The notes beneath the pieces are model-generated. The model ran no database searches. It saw only the letters and a program-made list of their open reading frames with translations, and had not been told where the DNA came from. Source: Stellaceae bacterium (GTDB lineage: Bacteria > Pseudomonadota > Alphaproteobacteria > ATCC43930 > CGMCC-115725). From it: a stretch of 25,002 nt of DNA. Both the position numbers and the translations under genes were made by a program. The stretch covers positions 1 to 25,002 of the forward strand of contig DATNMV010000182.1 in assembly GCA_035602175.1 (NCBI GenBank), written 5' to 3'. Shown here in pieces: positions 10,254 through 18,298 of the stretch. Each line of letters begins with the position of its first letter. Within the stretch, counting starts at the first letter, position 1.

Positions 10254-13230
10254 GCCATCCTTATCTTCCCACACCTACAAGAGTCTCCCGCTTCCCGCCG
10301 ATGAGGAATCCGTCGCGGTCGGATTCACGCGTTGGCGCGAGGCGGCCGAAGACCTGCACGAACCGCAACTTGCCGCTTTCATGCGCGATTTCGCCGCTGA
10401 ATCTTCGGGCCGTGCCCTGCTCTCGTCGCTTTTCGGCAACAGCCCGTTCCTAACCCATTGCTGTCTCAAGGAACCCGGCCTGCTTATGCGGCTTTGGCAA
10501 ACCGGCCCCGAGGCTACTTTCGCCGAACTCCTAGACCGTCTCAACCGCGATCTCAAGCCCCAGGATGGGCGAGACGCGCTGATGGCCGCCCTTCGGGCGC
10601 TGAAGCGGCAGGCCGCCTTGGTCATCGGCGTCGCCGACATCGCCGGCTTATGGCCGGTCGAGAAGGTGACCGGGGCGTTAAGCGCCTTTGCCGAGGGGGC
10701 GCTGTCGCTGGTCACGCGCCATCTGCTTGCCGACGCCGCGGCCAAGGGCGAGATCGAGCCGCGGGACGTCGCCGACCCGGCGCACGGCAGCGGATTCATC
10801 GTCCTGGGCGTCGGCAAGCTCGGCGCCGGCGAGCTCAATTATTCGAGCGACATCGACCTGATTTTATTGTTCGACGCGGAAAAAACCCGCTATAGCGGAC
10901 CGCGCAACCTGCAGTTCTTCCACACCCGCCTGGCGCATGAGTTGGTGCGCATGATGGAGGAACGCACGGCGGAGGGTTACGTCTTCCGCACCGATTTGCG
11001 CCTCAGGCCCGATCCGGGCTCGACCCCGCCGGTGCTGTCGCTCGAGGCGGCGATCTCTTATTACGAGAGCGCCGGACAGAATTGGGAACGCGCCGCGCTC
11101 ATCCGCTCGCGGGCGGTGGCGGGCGATCTCGAGGCGGGCCGTGATTTCCTCGCCGCGCTGGGGCCGTTCCTGTGGCGCAAGCATCTCGATTTCGCCGCCA
11201 TCCAGGACATCCATTCGATCAAGCGCCAGATCCATGCGCACATGGGCGGCGCGACCATCGCCGTGGCCGGACATAACATCAAGCTGGGCCGGGGCGGCAT
11301 TCGCGAGATCGAATTCTTCGCCCAGACGCAGCAATTGATCTGGGGCGGACGCGAGCCGGCCTTGCGCGTCACCGGCACCTGCCAGGCGCTCGCGGCGCTC
11401 GCGCGAGCGGGGCACATCACCATCGAGGCCGCCGAGACGATGAGCGCGGCCTATCGCTTTCTGCGCCGCGTCGAGCATCGTCTGCAGATGGTCGAAGACG
11501 CGCAGACCCACACTATCCCGGCGGATGAAGAAGGCTTGCGCCGCATTGCCGTGTTCATGGGTTATGATTCGCCCGCGAGCTTCGCCGCCGAATTGACTCG
11601 CGTGCTGAGCGCAGTCGAAAGCCATTACGCCAGGCTGTTTGAGGAATCGCCTTCGCTCGCCGCGCCCGGCAATCTGGTCTTCACCGGCAGCGAAGACGAC
11701 CCCGAAACCTTGAAGACGCTGTCGGGATTGGGCTTCGCCGATCCCTCCCATATCGCCGCGATCATCCGTGGCTGGCATCACGGCCGCTACCGTGCGACAC
11801 GCAGCCAGCGCGCGCGCGAGCTTTTGACCGAGCTGGTGCCCGAGCTGCTCAAGGCCTTCGGCGCGTCGTCCAATCCCGATACCGCCCTCCTCCGCTACGA
11901 CCAGTATCTCAGCCGGCTGCCCGCCGGCGTGCAGCTCTTCTCCCTGCTCTATCAGAACCCCGGTTTGATCGGACTGATCGCCGAGATCATGGGGGCGGCG
12001 CCGCATCTGGCGGAGGCGCTGGCGCTCAGGCCCGGCCTGATCGAGAGCGGGTTGACTGCCGATTTTTTCGAGAAGCCGCCGCCGCGCGAAGCCTTGACCG
12101 CCGATCTCCGCCAGTTGCTCGACCGCGCGCGGCATTACGAGGAGACGCTCGATCTCGCCCGGCGCTGGGTCGGCGAGCGCAAATTCCAGGTGGGCGTGCA
12201 GCTGCTGCGCCATCACCTCGACGGCGAGGCGGCGGGCGCCGCCTTCGCCGATATCGCCGAAAGCGCGATCGAGCAGCTGTTCGAGCGGACGGCGGCCGAA
12301 TTCGCGCGCGCTCACGGCACCGTGGCGGGCGGCGCTTTTACGGTGCTGGGCCTCGGCAAGCTCGGCAGCCGCGAAATGACATTCGTCTCGGACCTCGATC
12401 TGATCTTGATCTATGACGCGCCCGGCGTCGGCGAATCGACCGGCGGCGCGCGGTCGTTGCCGGTTACCGCCTATTACGCGCGGCTGTGCCAACGCTTCAT
12501 CAACGCGCTCACCGCGCTGACGGGCGAAGGCAACCTTTACGACGTGGACATGCGTTTGAGGCCCTCGGGCACGGCCGGGCCGATCGCATCGAGCCTCGAG
12601 GCTTTCCGCGTTTATCACGAGGAGTCGGCCTGGACCTGGGAGCACATGGCGCTGACCCGCGCCCGGGCCGTGGCCGGGCCGGAAGCGTTGCGCAGCCGGG
12701 TAATGGACGAAGTACGCGCGGTGCTGATCCGCAAGCGCGATCCCGCCAAGCTCGCCGCCGAAGTCGCCGATATGCGACTGCGTATCGCCGCGGCGCATCG
12801 CAAGCCGCCGGCTTTCGAGGTCAAACACCGGCGCGGCGGCATGGTCGACATCGAGTTCATTGCCCAATATCTGCAACTGCGCGATGCATGGCGCGCGCCG
12901 CAAGCGCTCCGCCAAAACACGCGCGAGGCGCTGCGGGCGCTCGCCGAATGCGGCGCGCTGACGCGTCCGGAGGCGGAGACTCTGGTCGCCGCCCTGATGC
13001 TGTGGCGCAACGTGCAGAGTCTGCTGAAGCTCACCATCGAGGAGCCGTTTGAGGAAAGCCAGGCCGCGCCGGCGCTTAAATCCATCCTGGCCAAGGGCGC
13101 GGGCGCGGTTGACTTCGCCGGCCTGAAAGCTGATATGGATGCGAACGCCAAGCGCGCGTTGCGGCTCTATGAGACGCTGATCGCGGCGCCGGGCAAGACG
13201 GCTAAACGGGAGAAGGAAGGCAGCGCATGA
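10252..13230 (+). CDS. glnE: Bifunctional glutamine synthetase adenylyltransferase/adenylyl-removing enzyme
   Basis: Two nucleotidyltransferase domains: GVGKLGAGELNYSSDIDL...RTDLRLRPDPG and GLGKLGSREMTFVSDLDL...DVDMRLRPSG. Also NIKLGRGGIREIEF and EHMALTRAR. Confidence 0.97.
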   Translation: MPSLSSHTYKSLPLPADEESVAVGFTRWREAAEDLHEPQLAAFMRDFAAESSGRALLSSLFGNSPFLTHCCLKEPGLLMRLWQTGPEATFAELLDRLNRDLKPQDGRDALMAALRALKRQAALVIGVADIAGLWPVEKVTGALSAFAEGALSLVTRHLLADAAAKGEIEPRDVADPAHGSGFIVLGVGKLGAGELNYSSDIDLILLFDAEKTRYSGPRNLQFFHTRLAHELVRMMEERTAEGYVFRTDLRLRPDPGSTPPVLSLEAAISYYESAGQNWERAALIRSRAVAGDLEAGRDFLAALGPFLWRKHLDFAAIQDIHSIKRQIHAHMGGATIAVAGHNIKLGRGGIREIEFFAQTQQLIWGGREPALRVTGTCQALAALARAGHITIEAAETMSAAYRFLRRVEHRLQMVEDAQTHTIPADEEGLRRIAVFMGYDSPASFAAELTRVLSAVESHYARLFEESPSLAAPGNLVFTGSEDDPETLKTLSGLGFADPSHIAAIIRGWHHGRYRATRSQRARELLTELVPELLKAFGASSNPDTALLRYDQYLSRLPAGVQLFSLLYQNPGLIGLIAEIMGAAPHLAEALALRPGLIESGLTADFFEKPPPREALTADLRQLLDRARHYEETLDLARRWVGERKFQVGVQLLRHHLDGEAAGAAFADIAESAIEQLFERTAAEFARAHGTVAGGAFTVLGLGKLGSREMTFVSDLDLILIYDAPGVGESTGGARSLPVTAYYARLCQRFINALTALTGEGNLYDVDMRLRPSGTAGPIASSLEAFRVYHEESAWTWEHMALTRARAVAGPEALRSRVMDEVRAVLIRKRDPAKLAAEVADMRLRIAAAHRKPPAFEVKHRRGGMVDIEFIAQYLQLRDAWRAPQALRQNTREALRALAECGALTRPEAETLVAALMLWRNVQSLLKLTIEEPFEESQAAPALKSILAKGAGAVDFAGLKADMDANAKRALRLYETLIAAPGKTAKREKEGSA

Positions 13231-13691
13231 GTCTCGAGATCGGCGACAAGGCCCCCGACTTCACCTTGCCGACCGATGGCGGCGGCAAGATCAAGCTCGG
13301 CGAGTTCAAGGGCAAGAAGGTCGTGCTCTATTTTTATCCCAAGGACGACACCTCGGGCTGCACCGCCGAGGCCTGCGCCTTCCGCGACGGAATTCCGAAT
13401 TTCCGCAAGGTCGACGCCGTCATCATCGGCGTGTCGCGGGACAGCGTGGCGGCGCACGACAAGTTCAAGAAAAAATACCATCTGCCCTTCACCCTTGCTT
13501 CGGACGCGGAAGGCAAGGTCACCGAGCGTTACGGCGTGTGGGTGCAGAAAAGCATGTACGGGCGCAAATACATGGGGATCGAGCGCTCGACCTTCCTGAT
13601 CGACGAGAAAGGCGTGATCCGCGGACTATGGCGCAAGGTCAAGGTACCGGGCCATGCCGAAGAGGTGTTGGAAGCGGCCAAGGCGTCGTAA
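13227..13691 (+). CDS. bcp: Thioredoxin-dependent thiol peroxidase (BCP/PrxQ peroxiredoxin)
   Basis: YFYPKDDTSGCTAEACAFRD (CxxxxC), ERSTFLID. ATGA overlap with glnE. Confidence 0.95.
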   Translation: MSLEIGDKAPDFTLPTDGGGKIKLGEFKGKKVVLYFYPKDDTSGCTAEACAFRDGIPNFRKVDAVIIGVSRDSVAAHDKFKKKYHLPFTLASDAEGKVTERYGVWVQKSMYGRKYMGIERSTFLIDEKGVIRGLWRKVKVPGHAEEVLEAAKAS

Positions 13692-13732
13692 GCGCGATAT
13701 TTTTACGGGCGTCGCAACAGCGTAGAAGGCGG

Positions 13733-13900
13733 TCACGCTTGCTTGCGCATAACCTCGTTCGCCTCGGCGGAAGCCAATTGCACTTCCGCATCGGCGAGTA
13801 ATCTCCGCACGATCGATCGCTTCTCATCAGAAATTCCGTTGAGCTTCAACAGTTCCTGATAATGCTTGATGTCCAGTCGGATGAGATGAGACGTTTCCAT
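13733..13900 (-). CDS. 55-aa small helical hypothetical protein (absent from the ORF track)
   Basis: Read by hand: METSHLIRLDIKHYQELLKLNGISDEKRSIVRRLLADAEVQLASAEANEVMRKQA*. GGGAGG Shine-Dalgarno 8 nt upstream of the ATG. Fills an otherwise empty gap. Confidence 0.7.
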   Translation of the reverse strand: METSHLIRLDIKHYQELLKLNGISDEKRSIVRRLLADAEVQLASAEANEVMRKQA

Positions 13901-14060
13901 AACCGCTGCCTCCCTTTGTTATCGTTCGCCAAGAAAACAATTCATCTGCCCGCAATGGAAGGTTCGGAATCTACTTAGGGGTTATCCGAGATTCCGAAAT
14001 ATCCCGGTATGTATTCGAGAGCCGAAATCACACCCGAGTTTACCGGGTTGTAAAAAACAT

Positions 14061-14414
14061 TTACGGCAATGGGGCAGAGGTCCAATGGAATTCCGCGATG
14101 ACGCCGCTCTCAAACCGGCATTGCACGGCGATGACGCGCGGCATTTTCCCGCCGACAGGCACGTCGTCCCGCGTACCTTGAATATCGATAACCGATTCAT
14201 TTGCATGCGTGGCGATGCGTTTGTTGGATACTTCAAAGTGGGCATCGGGATAGGCTTTCTGCATAAAATCGATACAGCGATCTATATTTGTCACCGGCCC
14301 CGCTGGCTGCGGTTGGGCATTGTGTGAACTAAACATTTTATCGACGGCGGAATTCCACGTGGTGCAGCCGGCGAGGAATAGCAGAGAGCAAACAGCTACT
14401 GCCAAACCGCGCAT
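14061..14414 (-). CDS. Hypothetical lipoprotein, 117 aa
   Basis: AAGGAGGT SD upstream of the ATG at 14414 (preferred over 14447). Signal peptide MRGLAVAVCSLLF with lipobox LAG-C. Two further Cys (DRCID, VQCRF). Confidence 0.8.
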   Translation of the reverse strand: MRGLAVAVCSLLFLAGCTTWNSAVDKMFSSHNAQPQPAGPVTNIDRCIDFMQKAYPDAHFEVSNKRIATHANESVIDIQGTRDDVPVGGKMPRVIAVQCRFESGVIAEFHWTSAPLP

Positions 14415-14758
14415 GGTTATCCTACCTCCTTTATGAAACCTCACCATCCTTGACCGTAAACCGGACGTGACACCGTGTCACCTTTCGATTGCCGCCAGAC
14501 CGGAATTCCTTCGCCGCGGATTCGACGCTCTCGCCTTGTTGTTTCGGGTGCGATGTGTGTGCCGCCCTTCCGTTTCGCGAATCATGTTCCGGCAACCGCG
14601 CAATGGCATATGGCGTAGGCTTGCGATTCGTTCTTCCGCCCTGACTTCGGGTTTGCGGTACCAACCGGCGCGACTGGCCGCCGGACGCGAGTCGCGGTTT
14701 CAGGCGGCGACGTTCGCTGCTATGATGCCGCGGTTACTGTGGATTCGAGGAACAACCC

Positions 14759-15079
14759 ATGCAGCGATGGTTTCGGGCCGGGCTTGTCGTTTTAACGCTA
14801 TTCGCGGCTTCGGCCGCTCTGGCCGCCACCGTCAATGTCAGCCAGAAAAACCGGAAATTCGCGCCCGATGAGTTGCAAATTGCCGCCGGCACGACGGTTC
14901 ACATCGTCAACGACGACAATGTAACGCACCATATCTACGTCGATTCCCCGACGATGAAATTCGATTCCGGCGAGCAACCGGTGGGATCGACCGTCGATCT
15001 GGTGTTCGACAAGCAGGGTACCTTCACCGTGCTGTGCGCCATCCACCCGACGATGCACCTCAAAGTATCCGTCCAGTAG
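14759..15079 (+). CDS. Periplasmic cupredoxin (amicyanin/plastocyanin-like type-1 copper protein)
   Basis: Signal peptide (...AASAALA). NDDNVTHH supplies the first His, and C-A-I-H-P-T-M the Cys/His/Met loop. GAGGA SD. Confidence 0.9.
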   Translation: MQRWFRAGLVVLTLFAASAALAATVNVSQKNRKFAPDELQIAAGTTVHIVNDDNVTHHIYVDSPTMKFDSGEQPVGSTVDLVFDKQGTFTVLCAIHPTMHLKVSVQ

Positions 15080-15082
15080 GAT

Positions 15083-16189
15083 TCAGCGCGGCAATTCGGG
15101 AACGGCGACGGGCGCGGAGCGATCCTCGCTCAGGGTCTTGAGGAAGGCGATCAGATCGGCCTTCTCCTGGTCGCTCAGGTGGAGCGGCTTGATCAGATCC
15201 GAACGGCTCGGCCGGTCGATCCCGCCGCGATCATAGAGATCGATCACCGCTTCAAGCGTCGGTTCCGAGCCGTTGTGCATATAGGGCGCGCGCCGCGCCA
15301 CGTCCCGGAGCGTCGGCACCTTGAAGGCGTATTGGAGCTTGGGCGAGTTCTTGAATATCTTGGCGCGGCCGATGTCATCGCCCTGCCCCACGCCGATATC
15401 GTAGAAAGCGCCGTCGGTGAAGTTCCAGCCCGAATGGCATTCGGCGCAGCCGGCTTTGCCGTTGAACAAAGCGAAGCCGCGCTTGGCCGAAGCGTCGATG
15501 GCGTGTTCGTCGCCGGCGATCCAGCGGTCGAACGGCGATTCCCCAGCCACGATGGTGCGCTCGTACGTCGCAAGCGCGAGCTCGATATGGTTCCGGTTGA
15601 TGGCCCCGTCGGGCGGGAAGGCCGCGGCGAAGGCGCGCACATAGCCGGGAATGCCCTGGAGCAGGCTGATCAGGTCCTCTTCCTTGCGGCCCATGTTGTC
15701 GACCCCGGTGATCGGCGCGAAGGTGACCGCTTCGAGATTCCCGAGATGCCCGTCCCAGCCCAGAAGCTCGATCCAGGCGATATCGAGAAGGGTCGGCGCG
15801 CGCGTCGGCAGCGGCGTCTGCCCAACGCCGATGGCGCGCTGCAATCCGTCGCCCCAGGACAGGGACGGATTGTGGCAGCTGGCGCAGGAGCGCGTGCCGT
15901 TGCCGGAAATGATCGGATCGAAGAACAGCATGCGGCCGAGATCAGCCTTGGCCTTGGAATAGGGATTCTCGGCCGGAAATGGAACCGCGTCCGGCCGGCG
16001 ATAGTCCTCCTTCAACGACTGAAGTTGCGAGATCGGGGTCGCCGCCGCGGTGCGGTCGTAAGAATATCCGGTTACGAGCAGAACCGCCAAACCGCACAAC
16101 CCCAACGTGCCCAAAATGAGCCCGCACAAAACCGCCGGCAGCCATCCCATGGGGGGTCGGCCGGCGAAATTCTTTTCAAGCGTCGTCAT
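15083..16189 (-). CDS. Di-heme cytochrome c peroxidase superfamily protein, MauG/MbnH-like
   Basis: Two CxxCH motifs (CASCH 102-106, CAECH 248-252), LGRMLFFDP, GWDG, FKVPTLRDV, PYMHNG. N-terminal hydrophobic anchor or signal. Confidence 0.9.
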   Translation of the reverse strand: MTTLEKNFAGRPPMGWLPAVLCGLILGTLGLCGLAVLLVTGYSYDRTAAATPISQLQSLKEDYRRPDAVPFPAENPYSKAKADLGRMLFFDPIISGNGTRSCASCHNPSLSWGDGLQRAIGVGQTPLPTRAPTLLDIAWIELLGWDGHLGNLEAVTFAPITGVDNMGRKEEDLISLLQGIPGYVRAFAAAFPPDGAINRNHIELALATYERTIVAGESPFDRWIAGDEHAIDASAKRGFALFNGKAGCAECHSGWNFTDGAFYDIGVGQGDDIGRAKIFKNSPKLQYAFKVPTLRDVARRAPYMHNGSEPTLEAVIDLYDRGGIDRPSRSDLIKPLHLSDQEKADLIAFLKTLSEDRSAPVAVPELPR

Positions 16190-16229
16190 TGCTGCCGATT
16201 TGCGGAATGCTGCGTCATCGGTCGAGCCC

Positions 16230-18161
16230 TCAACTCGCCACGGTCAGCGATTGCGTATCGCTCACGGCCTCGGGCAGAACGACCGTAACCACGGTGCCTT
16301 TTCCCGGGCTGCTTTCGATGTCCAGGCTGCCGCCATGCAACGCGGCGAACACCTTGCACAAGGGCAATCCCAGGCCGGTGCCTTCGTATTTGCGCGACAG
16401 GCTGCTGTCGATCTGGCCGAAAGGCGACAGCGCGACCGGAATATCCTCGGCGCGCATGCCGATGCCGGTGTCGGCGACCTTGAGAGCGATCCAGCCGGGC
16501 ACCAGCCGCGAGGCGGACAAGGTGACCTGGCCGCCCGCCGGGGTAAACTTGACCGCGTTGGAGAGGAGATGTTGGACGATGCGCCGCGCACGCGCCGGAT
16601 CGGCCAGCAGCCACAACGGCTCCTGGGGCTTCTCCACGGTGACCGTGAGATTGCCGCGCTGGCTTTGCGGCATCACGATTTCGGCGCTGCGCGTCAAAAG
16701 CTCGACGACATCGACCGGCTCCGGCACGATCTGCAGACTGCCGCCCTCGCACTTGGCGATGTCGAGGATATCGTTGATGATCTCGAGCAGGTGGCTGCCG
16801 CTGCGGAGAATGTCAGATGCGAATTCCTTGTAGGAAGGCTGGCCGACCGGCCCGAACATCTCCTTGGCGATGATTTCGGAGAATCCGATCACCGCGTTCA
16901 AGGGCGTGCGCAGCTCATGCCCCATATTGGACAGGAATTCGGTTTTTGCGCGGTTCGCGGTTTCCGCCTGCTCCTTGGCCGATTGCAGCATGATCTCGCG
17001 TTCCTTGAGCGCGGAGATGTCGCTGACGATGACGACATAGCCGCCATCCGCGGTGGCGCTGCGGCTCAAGCTGAGCCAACGGCCGTCAGGCAAGCGCAAT
17101 TCGCCGCTGTCCAGCACCGCCGGCAACGGCATGCCCACGGTCAAGCCGAGGGCGGGGAAGAACGACGCGATGCGCGAATTGGAGATCAGAATCTTGCCGC
17201 CGCCGTCGACCAGGATGACGCCTTCCGCAGTGCTCTCGATGGCGTTGACGAGGCGAGTCTGAGCCGAGCGGCGGGCGGCGATCTCGCGGTCCATCATGCC
17301 GCGAATGTTGTCGCGCATCACCGCCATGGAGCCCAGCAGCTGGCCGAGCTCGTCCTTGCCTTCGGCGACGATCTCGACATTGAGCTCGCCCTGGGCGATG
17401 CGGCGCGCGGCCGCGGAGGCTTCGGCAATGGGCAGCACCATGCGCCGCGCCAACACCAAGGCAATCAGAACACCGATCATCAACGCGCCAAGGGTCGCGA
17501 TCATCGTGATCTGGCGGTAGGTTTCGATCGAATTCAGCGCGCGCTCGCGATCCTTGAATCCGTCATCGGCCGTGAGCTCGGCCAGGGTATCGAAGTCGTC
17601 GAGGATGGGCGCGGCGTGCTGCTGGAGCGTCTGCCGGTCCTTCTCGTCGTTATTGCCGTTGATGAGCTTGCGGCGCAGCATGTTCCATGCGGCGGCGGCG
17701 CGGGCGGTGTCATGAGCCACCGCGATGGCGCGGTCGGACATCGAACGCTCTTCCGTCACCGCCAGATCCTCGGCCACGGATTGGGCGAAATCGTCCATGC
17801 GCTCGTCGAGCGCGTGTTGTTCCTTGTAACTGGCGCTGCGCACCCGCTCCGCCAGCGCCAATTGCATGGCCGTGAAGTTGGACATCGCGAGACGCGCATA
17901 GCTGATCGACATCAGCGGTTTGTCATAGGTCTGGACGACCAGGCGGCCGGCTTCGGTGACGCTGGTGATCGCGTAAATGCCGACGAAGGCCGTGATCGCC
18001 GCCATGGCGATATAGGCGAGCAGAATTTTGCCGCGGATGGTCACCGCGACAGCGCGGACCGTCCCGGCCGCGACGCCGATCCCTTTACGAAGGTTTGGTG
18101 CGAATGACTTAAACACCTGTCCGATCCCAAAGCAGGCTGACCCACTTGAGATTGCCGTCAA
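16230..18161 (-). CDS. Orphan sensor histidine kinase: TM - periplasmic four-helix bundle - TM - HAMP - short PAS - HisKA - HATPase_c
   Basis: Two TM segments flank about 150 helical residues (TYDKPLMSISYAR). HAMP (DELGQL), H box GHELRTPLNAVIGFSE, N box NAVKFT, G1 DTGIG, G2 GTGLGL. The start is uncertain; GTG at 18044 (VTIRGKILLAY) is a plausible alternative. Confidence 0.92.
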   Translation of the reverse strand: MTAISSGSACFGIGQVFKSFAPNLRKGIGVAAGTVRAVAVTIRGKILLAYIAMAAITAFVGIYAITSVTEAGRLVVQTYDKPLMSISYARLAMSNFTAMQLALAERVRSASYKEQHALDERMDDFAQSVAEDLAVTEERSMSDRAIAVAHDTARAAAAWNMLRRKLINGNNDEKDRQTLQQHAAPILDDFDTLAELTADDGFKDRERALNSIETYRQITMIATLGALMIGVLIALVLARRMVLPIAEASAAARRIAQGELNVEIVAEGKDELGQLLGSMAVMRDNIRGMMDREIAARRSAQTRLVNAIESTAEGVILVDGGGKILISNSRIASFFPALGLTVGMPLPAVLDSGELRLPDGRWLSLSRSATADGGYVVIVSDISALKEREIMLQSAKEQAETANRAKTEFLSNMGHELRTPLNAVIGFSEIIAKEMFGPVGQPSYKEFASDILRSGSHLLEIINDILDIAKCEGGSLQIVPEPVDVVELLTRSAEIVMPQSQRGNLTVTVEKPQEPLWLLADPARARRIVQHLLSNAVKFTPAGGQVTLSASRLVPGWIALKVADTGIGMRAEDIPVALSPFGQIDSSLSRKYEGTGLGLPLCKVFAALHGGSLDIESSPGKGTVVTVVLPEAVSDTQSLTVAS

Positions 18162-18166
18162 CGCGG

Positions 18167-18286
18167 CTAACGTTCCCTTAAAACTCTCGGAAAATGATTG
18201 GCATCACGCAGTGGGCAGAGCCCGGGACAAATGGCCGGCCGCCCATTAAAGCGAAATTCACGAAGTATGGTTAACGGATGGTTAGC
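18167..18286. promoter_or_regulatory. Cluster of three CtrA-like boxes upstream of the histidine kinase
   Basis: 18167-18181 reads TTAA-gggaacg-TTAG(C) on the minus strand. 18246-18261 is TTAA-agcgaaa-TTCAC and 18271-18286 is TTAA-cggatgg-TTAGC. Each is one mismatch from TTAA-N7-TTAAC. Confidence 0.55.
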
Positions 18287-18298
18287 GGTGCCCCGCGT

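Noticed and set aside
14032-14058. Hairpin ACCCG-N7-CGGGT next to an A-tract as a terminator for the lipoprotein gene
   Set aside because: On the minus strand the U-tract comes before the stem, not after, and the stem is short.
14467-14871. 134-aa plus-strand ORF overlapping the cupredoxin start
   Set aside because: Arg-rich with no motifs or SD; it spans a regulatory spacer and overlaps a clear gene in another frame.
15083-16189. Naming the di-heme gene mauG or ccpA
   Set aside because: No mauABDE context and key residues differ from both, so only the superfamily call is supported.
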